Notes: generated by a model from the letters alone, not told the origin. Shown: positions 19,680 through 29,579, counted from the stretch's first letter. The stretch is 64,000 bases of DNA from an uncultured delta proteobacterium (GCA_963716725.1 CAVQUB010000021.1:64001-128000); one strand, 5' to 3'. Program-made: numbers and translations.

Positions 19680-21050
19680 ATGAAAGAGACGGAAACCCTC
19701 CCCCCCGGAAAGCTCATCGCGGGTCGTTACCGAGTCCAAGAACGCCTCGGCGAAGGCGGGATGGGCTCGGTGTACGCGGTGGAGCACGTGCACACCGGAC
19801 AAGAACTCGCGCTCAAGGTCCTGAACGCGAAGATGGTTCAAGATCAGATCGCGCTGGAGCGATTTCGCCGGGAGTCGCGCGCCCCCGCGCGCATCCAGAG
19901 CGATCACGTCGTGCAGGTGACCGACGCGGACGTCGCGCCCGAGCTCGGCGGCGCGCCCTTCTTGATCATGGAGCGGCTGCGGGGTCAGAGCTTCGACCAG
20001 CTCTTGGCGGGGGCGGTGATGTCACCCGCCGCGACCCTCCTCTACCTGGGACAAGTGGCGCGCGCCTTGGACAAGGCCCACGGCCTGGGCATCATCCATC
20101 GAGACATCAAGCCCGAGAACATCTTCCTGACGAAGCGCGAGGACGGAACTCCGCTGGTGAAGCTGCTGGATTTCGGCATCGCAAAGCTCACCGAGGGCAC
20201 GGACATGTCCTCCAAGACCGCGACGGGCGCGATCTTCGGCACACCCCTGTACATGGCGCCGGAGCAAATCCTCGGGCAGCCCGATCGCATCTGCGCCCAG
20301 ACCGACATCTGGGCGTTGGGCGTCTTGGCCCATCGCATGTTGACCGGCGCCGAACCCTGGACCGCGCAGACCCTGCCGCATCTGGTGGCTCAGATCGCCT
20401 ACGAGCAACTGCCGACCCCGAGCCAGCGCGGCTCCGATCTCGGTCCCGGTTTCGACGCTTGGTTCGCCCGCGTCTGCGCGCGGCAACTGGAAGACCGCTA
20501 CGCCTCGGCCTCCGAAGCCGTCTCGGCCCTCGCGACTGCCCTCGGCGTCGAGGCCTCGGCGCTCAGCGTGAGCGGTGAGGTCAGGTCGAGCCACCACGTC
20601 ATCCGCTCGAACCGCGACGTCGCGCTGGCCGAAACCGCGGTGGCCCCCACCGACACCGGCATCGGCTCGGACACGCTGGCCGCGCAGGTCACGCTGCGCA
20701 AAGGCGGAGGCCGCGTGGTGATGGTCGCGGCCGTTTCGGGCATCGCGGGGCTGCTCGGGGTCGGTTTGTGGCTCGCGCTGCGCTCGCCGGTCCCGGCCAG
20801 CGAGCCCGCGGGCACGGCGGCCGCCGCGATCTCGACCGCTCGGTCGGATCCGACCGCGCCGACCACACCCAGCGGGCCTCCCAGTGTCGAGGTCGCCATC
20901 ACGCCGCCGACGTCGGCGTCCGCCGCAGGCTCCGAGGCTCCTCGAGTCCTGCCGCTTCCGAAACCGGTCGGCAAGCCGCCGAGCCAAGGCAAGACGCCTC
21001 CGAAACCGAGCGGCGCTAACGTCGACCCGCTGGACATGGGAAGGAAATGA
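19680..21050 (+). CDS. membrane-anchored serine/threonine protein kinase
   Basis: LGEGGMGSVY, ALK, HRDIKPEN, DFG, GTPLYMAPE; one TM helix, then a Pro-rich tail ending VDPLDMGRK; ATGA overlap with the next gene. Confidence 0.95.
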   Translation: MKETETLPPGKLIAGRYRVQERLGEGGMGSVYAVEHVHTGQELALKVLNAKMVQDQIALERFRRESRAPARIQSDHVVQVTDADVAPELGGAPFLIMERLRGQSFDQLLAGAVMSPAATLLYLGQVARALDKAHGLGIIHRDIKPENIFLTKREDGTPLVKLLDFGIAKLTEGTDMSSKTATGAIFGTPLYMAPEQILGQPDRICAQTDIWALGVLAHRMLTGAEPWTAQTLPHLVAQIAYEQLPTPSQRGSDLGPGFDAWFARVCARQLEDRYASASEAVSALATALGVEASALSVSGEVRSSHHVIRSNRDVALAETAVAPTDTGIGSDTLAAQVTLRKGGGRVVMVAAVSGIAGLLGVGLWLALRSPVPASEPAGTAAAAISTARSDPTAPTTPSGPPSVEVAITPPTSASAAGSEAPRVLPLPKPVGKPPSQGKTPPKPSGANVDPLDMGRK

Positions 21051-22075
21051 GACTCACTCCTCGCCGGATCCGCTCCGCGCTATTCATGGTTGCCATCGCG
21101 CTCGCATCGAGCCACTCCCCTGCGCAAGGCGACGCGGCCGCGGCAGAGCAGCTGTACAAGCAAGGCAAGGCCCTCGCGAAGAAGGGCGACTATGCCGCCG
21201 CGTGCCCCAAGTTCGAGGCGAGCTACGGTCTCGACCGAGGCCTGGGTGCGCTGCTCAACTTGGCCGACTGTCACGAGCGACTGGGCAAGCTAGCCTCCGC
21301 GTGGGCGGAGTGGAACGAGGCCCATGACCTGGCCAAGCGGTCCAAGGACGACCGCGCGAAGTACGCCGGCGATCGCCGCGACAAGATCGAGCCGAAGCTG
21401 CCCAAGCTGCAGATCAACGTGAAGAACCCCGTGGACTCGCTGGCCGTCTACCGCGGCGACGCCCAGATCGAAGCTGCGACCTACGGTGCCGCGCTGGCGG
21501 TGGATCCCGGCGAGGTGCTCGTCAGCGTGCGGCGCGGGGATCAGACGCTCAAGAGCGAGACCGTCACCGCGAAAGAAGCCCAGACCGCCACCGTCGAGCT
21601 CGACCTCGCCGCTATCGACGCGGAGTTCCCGGCGCCCAAGCCCGCGCCGACCGCGACCGCGACCGCGACCGCGACGGCGCCACCGCCGCCCGCTCCCCGC
21701 GCGCCACCGCCTTCGAGCTCGCAGAAGACCATCGGCTACGTCGTCGGCGGCGTGGGCGTGGCGGCGCTGGTCACCGCAGGAGTGCTCGAGGGCCTGGCCC
21801 TGAGCAAGAAGTCCAAGGCCGACGAGCCCGATCAGTGCGTCAACGGGTACTGCAGCCCCAACGGGTTTCAGACCATCGAAGACGCGAAGCGCCTCGCCAC
21901 CATCGGCCAGTGGGTGGGCATTGGCGGCGTTCTGTTCACGGCGGTCGGAGCGACGCTCGTGCTCACGGCGCCGTCGTCCAGGGAGACCGCCCGGGCGAAG
22001 CGCCCGGCACGCGTCGGCGCCGGCGGATGGATCGCGCCTTCGGGGGGCGGCATCACCATCAACGGGTCGTTGTGA
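21047..22075 (+). CDS. TPR + PEGA-like domain protein with C-terminal hydrophobic hairpin
   Basis: Signal peptide; AEQLYKQGKAL...ACPKFEASY...ALLNLADCHERLG TPR; VDPGEV beta domain; two hydrophobic segments; ends GGGITINGSL. Confidence 0.85.
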   Translation: MRLTPRRIRSALFMVAIALASSHSPAQGDAAAAEQLYKQGKALAKKGDYAAACPKFEASYGLDRGLGALLNLADCHERLGKLASAWAEWNEAHDLAKRSKDDRAKYAGDRRDKIEPKLPKLQINVKNPVDSLAVYRGDAQIEAATYGAALAVDPGEVLVSVRRGDQTLKSETVTAKEAQTATVELDLAAIDAEFPAPKPAPTATATATATAPPPPAPRAPPPSSSQKTIGYVVGGVGVAALVTAGVLEGLALSKKSKADEPDQCVNGYCSPNGFQTIEDAKRLATIGQWVGIGGVLFTAVGATLVLTAPSSRETARAKRPARVGAGGWIAPSGGGITINGSL

Positions 22076-22443
22076 TGGCGCCGCGACACTTGGTCGCGCT
22101 GGGATTGCTCGCGGTCGTTGCAGCGCCGAGCTGCGTGAGCACGCTGGGGCTCAACGAGGAGTACCGTTCGGCGGTCGAGCAACTGTGCGCTTGCCCGAGC
22201 ATATCTCCCCCGTTTGCAACCACGAGAGCGTGCGTCGCCGAGCTCGAGTTTCGGCTCGAGCGCGCCAGCGCGTCCGGGCGCTCCGCGTGGATGAAGAACT
22301 TCACGGAGAAATGCGACACCTGCCCCGCCGATCCCATTCAGGAGTGCGTTCGGGTGACTCCGACTTGCGAGGGTACGGGTGAGTGCCCAAGCGCTGGGTG
22401 CCAGCTCTGCTGCCAGGAGTTGCCGGAGAAGAAGTGCTTCTGA
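22075..22443 (+). CDS. short Cys-rich lipoprotein
   Basis: TGATG overlap; lipobox APSC; shares the L..ASASGRSAW segment with the two downstream paralogues. Confidence 0.8.
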   Translation: MAPRHLVALGLLAVVAAPSCVSTLGLNEEYRSAVEQLCACPSISPPFATTRACVAELEFRLERASASGRSAWMKNFTEKCDTCPADPIQECVRVTPTCEGTGECPSAGCQLCCQELPEKKCF

Positions 22444-23634
22444 GGCGCGCCCCCCTCGCCGCGGCGCTCGGCCTGCTGATCGCCATCCCGAGCTGCAGCG
22501 GGCTGCTCGAGCTGGACGGCTACTCCGACGCCACCGGCGAGCTCTGCGATTCTGTTTCGCACCTGCTACCAATTCGACTGCGCGGCGCAGGTCGGCAATG
22601 CGCTCGGCAACGCCGACGCCAGCGGGCGAGCGTCGTGGCTCGCGGCGCTCTCGGACCAGGGCTGCCTCGAGCAGTGCTCGGCGGCGAGGCGCTGCCTGAA
22701 CATCGAACCCGTGTGCCTGCCAGAGAAGGCCAGCTGCACGCGCACCGAGCAGTGCTGCGGTTTCTTGAACGGCGCCACCGAATGCGGCGCGCCGACCGGG
22801 GGGGATAGCGTCTGCTGTCGCGCCCAAGGCGCGACCTGCGCGAGCAACGACGATTGCTGCGACGGAAACTGTGATCGCTCCACCAGCACTTGCGGCGGCA
22901 CCGTGTGCGCCAGTGTGGGCGAGGTCTGCAAGAACGCCTTCGATTGCTGCTCGGGAAAGTGCGGCGCCGACCATCGATGCGAGCCGAACCTGTGCAGCCA
23001 AGAGGGCTTTGCCTGCGCCGCACAGGCCGAATGCTGCGTCGGGCTCTCCTGCACCGCGGGCGTGTGCGGCAAGGGCATCGTGTGCCGCGCCGACGGGGAA
23101 GAATGCGAGCCAACTGGCAATCCCCCGTGTTGTGACCAGCTGCCCTGTGTCCCGATCGGCAATTCCAAGGGACTTTGTCGGAGCTGCCTGCAAGGCAACG
23201 AGCCCTGCGACCCGGACGACCCCAAGTGTTGCGAGGGCCAGTATTGCGATCCATACAAGAAGCTCTGCGGGAACAGGTGCGTCGGCCCGGACCAACCATG
23301 CGAGAACAACTTCGACTGCTGCAGCACGCAGTGCGACCGTGCCGCCGGCTCGGCGCAGGGAACCTGCGCGTGTTCGAAGGGTTCTTGCGTCGACGACACC
23401 GACTGCTGCGACAAGACGGCGGGCCAGTGCGTCGGCGGCAGCTGCCAGCTCGACTGCAAGGTGGGCACGTCGTGTCACAACGCCTGCGTGGCCGGACCGG
23501 CGATGAAGAAGGACTGCTCCCCCTGCGTGGCGACGGTCTGCGCCGACGACCCGTTTTGTTGCTGCCAGCTCTGGGACGACCTGTGCGTCGACCGCGCTTT
23601 CAAGACCTGCACCGCAGCCTGCAAGGACCCCTGA
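22434..23634 (+). CDS. Cys-rich lipoprotein with 8 knottin-like repeats, copy 1 (apparent +1 frameshift at 22551)
   Basis: GTG at 22434, lipobox IPSC. Removing the T at 22551 gives ELCDLFRTCYQFDC...CLEQCSAARRCLNIEPVC, collinear with 25180..26361. Confidence 0.85.
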
Positions 23635-23644
23635 CGGAGAGCCC

Positions 23645-25141
23645 ATGATGAAACTGCGAGCACTGAGCGTGATCGGTCTCATGGCCTGCGCCGCCGGTTG
23701 CGGCGCCTCCTCGTCGGAGGACGCGGCGGGAGGTCTCGGCGGCGCGGGCGGCGGCCCCGGGTTGACGAACTTCGGAGTCGAGCCGGCCGAAGACGGTCCG
23801 GAGGCGGACTCGGCGAGCGACTCTTCGAAACTCGGCCCGGCCTCCTGTGTCAGCGACCTGCCGCTCGAGCAGGTCGAGCTTTCGCTCGGTGACATTCAAG
23901 GCGCGGCCAGCGCGGCTCGCGCCCGCGAGGTCTTGCTGCGCAGCCCGGCCGAGTCCCCGTGGCCGAGCCGGATCCGCGTCAGCGATTTCCTGAACTACTA
24001 CCGGGTGAGCGTGGACGCACCCGCCACCGAGGCATCCATCACGCTGCAGGCGAGGCCCCGGATGCTCTACAGCGACGTGGGCCAGAGCACCCAAGCCACC
24101 GGCCAGTGGGACGTGGTCGTCGCGCTGCACGCGCCGGTGGCGAACGTGCGCAAGCAGCACGCGTTGATCGCGATCGTCGATACTACGCCGAGCATGGCGG
24201 GGGTCGGCATTGGCAGGGCCAAGGCCGTGCTCAGCGCGCTGATCAACAGCGCCGCGGCGGGCGACCACCTCGTCGTCCTGACCACCGACCCCGAGCAGGG
24301 CAACCCCATCGAGCTGGATCTCGTGGGAGCTGCGGAGCGCGAACAAGCCGCCCGCGCCGTGGGCGAGCTGGAGCTGGGGGGCGAGAGCGCGATCACCGAG
24401 GCCATCGCCCGGGCCTACGACTTAGCCGAGCTCAAGCAGAGTCTCGGCATGCCGGCGCGGGTGATGCTGGTGAGCGACGGAGGTGGCGACGTCGCTGGCC
24501 TGGACGAAGGCCGATTGACGACCGGATCACAGCCCGGCGAAAACCCCATCGCGCTCACCGCCGTCGGCACTGGCTCGTCGAGCTGGTATCGATCCACGTT
24601 GTTGCGCCGGGCCGCTGAGCTGGGTCGCGGACCCTACGTCTACGTGGATTCGGAGGACGAGGCCGAGTCGTTGTTTGGATCTCGGCTCCCCGAAATGACC
24701 GAGATCGCCCTCGACGGGCTCTCAATCCAGCTCGAGGTTTCTTCCTTCTACACGGTCCACGAGGCCGGCGAAGGCATCCCCTCGGGCAGCTCGCCCCCGC
24801 AGTACCTGGCGCCCGGCGCCTCGACCACGAAGCTCTTCCGCCTCGTTCCCTGCAAGTTTGGCGCTACCCCCAGCGACACTACGATCGCGGTGACGGCCAC
24901 GCATTCCGGCGGCACGGTCGGCTGGACGGGTGACCTGCTGGCGTTGAAGAAGCAGCCGGCCGCCGCAATGCTCGACAAAGCCCTCGCCATCGACGCCTAC
25001 GCATCAGCCCTGCGCGCTCGAGAGGCTACCCGGCTCGCGGCCGCACAAACCCTGATTGCGGCGGCGCTGAAGGCCGGCCCGGATCCAGATCTCTTGGAGA
25101 TGAAGGAGCTCGTCGCACGTCATCCGCTCCTGAATCCCTGA
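23645..25141 (+). CDS. VWA-domain lipoprotein (YfbK-like), copy 1
   Basis: Lipobox AAGC; IRVSDFLNYY; IVDTTPSM (MIDAS-like), VMLVSDG, LTAVGTG, AELGRGPYVYVD. Confidence 0.85.
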   Translation: MMKLRALSVIGLMACAAGCGASSSEDAAGGLGGAGGGPGLTNFGVEPAEDGPEADSASDSSKLGPASCVSDLPLEQVELSLGDIQGAASAARAREVLLRSPAESPWPSRIRVSDFLNYYRVSVDAPATEASITLQARPRMLYSDVGQSTQATGQWDVVVALHAPVANVRKQHALIAIVDTTPSMAGVGIGRAKAVLSALINSAAAGDHLVVLTTDPEQGNPIELDLVGAAEREQAARAVGELELGGESAITEAIARAYDLAELKQSLGMPARVMLVSDGGGDVAGLDEGRLTTGSQPGENPIALTAVGTGSSSWYRSTLLRRAAELGRGPYVYVDSEDEAESLFGSRLPEMTEIALDGLSIQLEVSSFYTVHEAGEGIPSGSSPPQYLAPGASTTKLFRLVPCKFGATPSDTTIAVTATHSGGTVGWTGDLLALKKQPAAAMLDKALAIDAYASALRAREATRLAAAQTLIAAALKAGPDPDLLEMKELVARHPLLNP

Positions 25142-25179
25142 TCTCGTCGAGCCGCCAACTACGCTAGGTTGGTCCAGAA

Positions 25180-26361
25180 ATGAAGCTTCGATTCGCGTTC
25201 ACCACCGCCGGTCTCCTGGCGGTCGTCGGCTGCGCATCCCTGTTCGGCGTCGATGGCTACAGCGACTCGACCGAAGAACTCTGTGAGCTCCTCGAGCGCT
25301 GCTACCAAGTCAAAGATTGCCGCGACCGGCTCGGTCCTCGACTCGATGCGGCGTCGGCTTCGGAGCGTAGCGACTGGCTGAGCGCCATCAGCGACCAGGC
25401 CTGCCTCGAGCAGTGCAGCGCGGCGCGACGCTGCCTCAACATTGCTCCCGTCTGCGGGGCTCAGGCGTCGCAGTGCTCGAGCCCGCAAGAGTGTTGCGGC
25501 TTCCTGAACGGAGTGCGGTCCTGCGGACAGGACGGGACCTGCTGCCTCGCGAAGGGCGCGGCGTGCGGGCCCGAGTCGCAGTGCTGCAACAACGATTGCA
25601 AGAACGGGTTTTGCGGCGGAGCGAAGTGCGCGGAGCCCGGAGCGCCCTGCCTCAACCCCTTCGAGTGCTGCACCAACATCTGCATCGCGGGAAAGTGCTC
25701 CGAAGGCATTTGCATCGAGCTCGGGGGCGGCTGCGAGGCGACCGAGGACTGCTGCGAGGGCAAGTGCCTCGGGGGCCGCTGCGGGTACGAGGAGTGTCGT
25801 GCGGAGAACGAGGCCTGCACGGACGGCGTTCAATGCTGCGACGGGCGGCCATGCGTCGAAATTCCCGCAAGCCCCGGGGTGAAGCTCTGCCAGGGCAGCA
25901 AGCCCTGCGCGCCCCTCGACTTTCCTTGCCAGGAGAACACCGACTGCTGCGTCGACGGGGACCAGCCGCTCGTCTGCGATCCCAAGGCCAAGCGCTGCGG
26001 CGAAGCCTGCCGAGCTCTGGGAATATCGTGTTCGACCCCCGGCGAGTGCTGCAGCAAGGTTTGTGAGAGCGGTATTTGCGGCTGCTCGAACGACGCTTGC
26101 ACTGGGTTGGGCGACTGCTGCGGCGAGGCCGTGTGCGTGGGCGGCGTGTGCGAGACCAACTGCGCCCCCGCTGTCTGTCACGACGAGTGCGTGCCCGGCG
26201 GACCGCTCTCGCCATCGTGCTCCAAGATCGGCCCTCCGGCAGTGGACGGCGCGTGCGTCCAGAAGGTGTGCGAGAAGGACGGATATTGTTGCTGCAAAGC
26301 CTGGGACGCCGCGTGCATTCAGGGCGCCCTGGATCTGTGCCCCAAGACAGTCTGCCAGTGA
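25180..26361 (+). CDS. Cys-rich lipoprotein with 8 knottin-like repeats, copy 2
   Basis: Lipobox VVGC; units such as CLAKGAACGPESQCCNNDCKNGFC; C-terminal CHDEC...CV.KVC..D.YCCC..WD..C module. Confidence 0.88.
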   Translation: MKLRFAFTTAGLLAVVGCASLFGVDGYSDSTEELCELLERCYQVKDCRDRLGPRLDAASASERSDWLSAISDQACLEQCSAARRCLNIAPVCGAQASQCSSPQECCGFLNGVRSCGQDGTCCLAKGAACGPESQCCNNDCKNGFCGGAKCAEPGAPCLNPFECCTNICIAGKCSEGICIELGGGCEATEDCCEGKCLGGRCGYEECRAENEACTDGVQCCDGRPCVEIPASPGVKLCQGSKPCAPLDFPCQENTDCCVDGDQPLVCDPKAKRCGEACRALGISCSTPGECCSKVCESGICGCSNDACTGLGDCCGEAVCVGGVCETNCAPAVCHDECVPGGPLSPSCSKIGPPAVDGACVQKVCEKDGYCCCKAWDAACIQGALDLCPKTVCQ

Positions 26362-26449
26362 TCCGTGCCACAGTGTGCCAGGGCCGGGGCGGGATCCTGC
26401 GGGATCCCCGGGGGCCGGCCAGGCACGCTGCGTGCTAGGCTTTGGGGTC

Positions 26450-27976
26450 ATGAACCGCTGGTGCGCGTTGGCTCTGGTCCCGTTGGCGGTTGCGTGTGGG
26501 TCGAACGCGTCCGACGGGGCGCTGGATGAGGGCGGCAGCGGAGGGGGCATGAACATGGGGGGCGGAGGCGGGCTGAGCGGAGGCCCCCCCATCAGCGGCA
26601 GCGGAGGCTCCGGCCTCACCGGATCCGAAGCCGCCACGCTCGAGCCCAATCTGGCATCGAAGAGTGGCGGGGCGCAGAATGCGCCCGGCTGCCCTGGGTT
26701 CACCGGCGCTACCCAGCTCGACCTAACGGTCGCTGACGCCCGCGGGATGGCTAGCGGACCGCGTGTGCGCGAGCTCGTGGCCGCCGGGCAGGCCGGGCCG
26801 GCGGCGGTCCGAACCAGTGAAGTGAACAACTACTACCGCTTGAGCTGGCCGAACACGCCGGAGCCCGGCGGCTTCCTTTCGCGAGTCGGCGTCCGCCCGC
26901 GCAAGGTCGGCACCACCGTGTTGCCAGGCCACTACGATCTGCTGGTTGCGGTCCGTGCTGACCCAAACGTGCATCTTCGCCAGAAGGTGGAGATGGTCGT
27001 GGTGGTCGACACCTCGGCTTGGATGACCGAGGAGGGCTTGGCCCGGGGCCGTAAGGTGGTGCGAGCCCTCGCGAACTCGATGCTGCCGGGCGACTACTTT
27101 GCGTTGAAGTCCCTGGCCGGGACGGTGCTATTCGAGTCCGTGCTGCTCGCGCCGAGTGCCGAGCTCGCCGACGTCGAGGCCAAGCTCGTCCGGGAAGACG
27201 GCGGCTCGGTTCGAAGCTCGGTGGAAGGCGCCTTGGCCAAGCTCCAGGAGACCCCGCCGGAGCCTGCGGTCTGGAAGCGCGTCGTGTTTGTGGGTAACGG
27301 CGCGACTGACGACGGCCCCAATCCGGCTATCATCCAGAAGGCCGCGACAAGTGCACACCAGGTGTTCGTCTCGGCCGTCGGCGTGGGACAGGACGGCTAC
27401 AACGGCGGCATGCTCGCCGGACTCGCGCGGGCTGGCCGGGGCGCGCACTTGTACATCGACAACCTCGATGAGCCGGCCAAGCTCATCGAGGCACGCTTTG
27501 TCGAGCTCTTCGGCATAGCCGCCGACGACGTGCGCTTCGCGATCAGCTTGCCCTGGTTCATGCAGTCGCTCGACCCGGTGCCGCCTCCGGACTCCAGCGC
27601 CCCAGCGCCGCCGCAGTACCTCTCCCCGGGCGGCACGATGCTGCATGTCTTCCGGCTGTTCGTCTGCGAGGCCGCGCTGACCTCGGCAACAAACGATGTC
27701 ATCGGCATCTCCGTCGACTTCAGGCTGCCGGGGGAGACGACTTCGCAATCACTCCCGCTGGCGATGAAGCCCGTGGCCAAGGCGCTGCTTCAGCCCGTGC
27801 CCGAGCTCGACGAGCTCGAGGCCATCGACGCCTGGGTGTCGGCCTTCCGGTCGCCGAACTCGACTCGCTACGCACTCGCGAAGCAGCTGCTCGACTCGAC
27901 CGACTTGCAGGGCAAAGCCCCCTTCAGCGACCTGCTCACCATCCTCGACAAGCACCCGAACGCCCCCAAGAACTGA
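26450..27976 (+). CDS. VWA-domain lipoprotein (YfbK-like), copy 2
   Basis: Lipobox AVAC; VRTSEVNNYY; VVDTSAWM; VSAVGVG, LARAGRGAHLYID; PPQYLxPG shared with copy 1. Confidence 0.85.
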   Translation: MNRWCALALVPLAVACGSNASDGALDEGGSGGGMNMGGGGGLSGGPPISGSGGSGLTGSEAATLEPNLASKSGGAQNAPGCPGFTGATQLDLTVADARGMASGPRVRELVAAGQAGPAAVRTSEVNNYYRLSWPNTPEPGGFLSRVGVRPRKVGTTVLPGHYDLLVAVRADPNVHLRQKVEMVVVVDTSAWMTEEGLARGRKVVRALANSMLPGDYFALKSLAGTVLFESVLLAPSAELADVEAKLVREDGGSVRSSVEGALAKLQETPPEPAVWKRVVFVGNGATDDGPNPAIIQKAATSAHQVFVSAVGVGQDGYNGGMLAGLARAGRGAHLYIDNLDEPAKLIEARFVELFGIAADDVRFAISLPWFMQSLDPVPPPDSSAPAPPQYLSPGGTMLHVFRLFVCEAALTSATNDVIGISVDFRLPGETTSQSLPLAMKPVAKALLQPVPELDELEAIDAWVSAFRSPNSTRYALAKQLLDSTDLQGKAPFSDLLTILDKHPNAPKN

Positions 27977-27980
27977 GCGT

Positions 27981-28817
27981 TCAGCACTCACAACCGCCGA
28001 AGACGCAGAGCAGGCTCAGCGTCAGAGTGAAGTCGCCAGCGTCATTGGCGGTCTTGCCGTCGACGACCACCACGTACCATCCGTCTTCCGGCGCCACGAA
28101 GCTGGTGCTCCAGGTGCCCGCGCCGGTGTTCCCGCACAAGAGCTTCTTGCCGCACCCCTGATCGGTGCAGCCCGTGCCGGAGTAGATCTTGAAGACCCGA
28201 TCCCACGTCGGAGCGCTCGAGCACTTCGCGCCCTGGGTGAGCAGCACGTCGAGCTTCTCGAATTTCTTCAGGTACAGGCGCCAGGCTCGATCACGCCCGT
28301 CGTCTTTGCAGCTTGTCGCGTCGTAGCCGCTCAGGTCGTTCGCTACGCTGCAGGTGCTCGCCGTGACCTGAAAGCCGCCGGCCTTGGCAGCGGTGAGGCG
28401 CCCCACCACGCGAGCTCCGGAGCAGCCTGCGCCGCTCTCGCTCCCGTCCCCGCAGCCGAGCACGTTGCACGACGTGCCCCCTCCGCTGCCTCCGCTGCCT
28501 CCGCTGCCTCCGCTGCCTCCGCTGCCGCTGCCGCCGCCGACGCCGCTCCCACCCGTGCCTCCGCCCGTGACCGCACCGCCCACCCCGCCGCCGCCCGTCG
28601 GCAACGTCCCGCCGGTGCCGGCGCTGCCGCCCGCACCCGAGCCCGCGCTACCTCCCGCGGCCCCGGTACCGGCGCTGCCGCCGCCGCTCGCTCCGCCGGA
28701 TGACGCTCCCCCGGAGCCCCCGGGCGCGCCGCCGCCGCCCTCGCCTTCGCCGACGCCTTCGGCCGTTGCGCACGACAGCGCAAACCAAATCAGGGACAAA
28801 TGGTGAAAGCGCGACAA
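27981..28817 (-). CDS. Gly-rich lipoprotein with C-terminal PPC-like beta-sandwich
   Basis: Lipobox ALSC; long Gly/Ser linker; GWYVVVVDG...GDFTLTL ending. Confidence 0.75.
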   Translation of the reverse strand: MSRFHHLSLIWFALSCATAEGVGEGEGGGGAPGGSGGASSGGASGGGSAGTGAAGGSAGSGAGGSAGTGGTLPTGGGGVGGAVTGGGTGGSGVGGGSGSGGSGGSGGSGGSGGGTSCNVLGCGDGSESGAGCSGARVVGRLTAAKAGGFQVTASTCSVANDLSGYDATSCKDDGRDRAWRLYLKKFEKLDVLLTQGAKCSSAPTWDRVFKIYSGTGCTDQGCGKKLLCGNTGAGTWSTSFVAPEDGWYVVVVDGKTANDAGDFTLTLSLLCVFGGCEC

Positions 28818-28849
28818 GTCGCGGAACTATAGCGCGCTCGCGCAGCCGG

Positions 28850-29431
28850 GTGAGTCGTGATCCGACGTATGCTGACCAGGTGGACGCCGAGGGCTTTCGA
28901 CCGCCGCCGCCAGTCCCCGTCGCCGCCACGCCACCGGTGCCGAGTAGTGGACTCAAGCTGCTCGGGATCGCGCAGTGTGCGCTCGGGGCCTTTGGCATCG
29001 CAACGGCGCCGCTCGCGCTCATCACTCGAGCATTGGTCCAAGATCCCGGCTCCCGTCAGGTCCAAGATCTGCTCTGGGATGGCTGGCTGGGAGCTTGGAC
29101 CTACGCCTCGCTCACGCTCGGCACCGCGCTGGCGGTCCTGCTGATCGTCGCCGGCGTCGCCGTCACGCGCGGTCGCGCGCTGGGGCGCAAGCTGTCGGTC
29201 GCGCACGCGCTCGCGACCCTCGCGCTGGTCGTCGTGGGCCAGATCGTCACCGCGCTGCTGCTCTATCCTGCTTTGCTGGAGCTCGCGGCGAGCGGAGGCG
29301 CCGCCGAGCGGGGCGGCGCGGTCGGCGGCATCGCCGGCGGTCTGCTCGGTAGCGCCGTCGCGCTGGTGCTGCCCGCCATCGAGCTGGTGGTGATGTCACG
29401 GCCGCAGGTCAAAGAGCAGCTCTCGCAATGA
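28850..29431 (+). CDS. hypothetical integral membrane protein (about 4 TM)
   Basis: Four hydrophobic segments; ends VMSRPQVKEQL. Confidence 0.7.
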   Translation: MSRDPTYADQVDAEGFRPPPPVPVAATPPVPSSGLKLLGIAQCALGAFGIATAPLALITRALVQDPGSRQVQDLLWDGWLGAWTYASLTLGTALAVLLIVAGVAVTRGRALGRKLSVAHALATLALVVVGQIVTALLLYPALLELAASGGAAERGGAVGGIAGGLLGSAVALVLPAIELVVMSRPQVKEQLSQ

Positions 29432-29579
29432 CGCCGCTCGCCCCCGGGGCTGAGCCGCCCGCTTCGCCCCGCCTCGCACTCGGCATTGGCGTCGGCGTCG
29501 TAGTGCTGGTGGCTCCTCGAGTTGAACGCGACGACGGATGCACCACGGATCTCGCTCTGGACGACCGCTCACGAATCGG

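Noticed and set aside
26421..26436. sigma54-like AGGCACGCTGCGTGCT before the second VWA gene
   Set aside because: GG-N10-GC spacing fits, but it overlaps a TGC-TAGGCT extended -10 matching the window-wide pattern; cannot discriminate, so not called.
21868..26829. Long minus-strand ORFs (675 aa and 556 aa)
   Set aside because: Ala-rich antisense shadows of the Cys-rich genes (TGC read as GCA).
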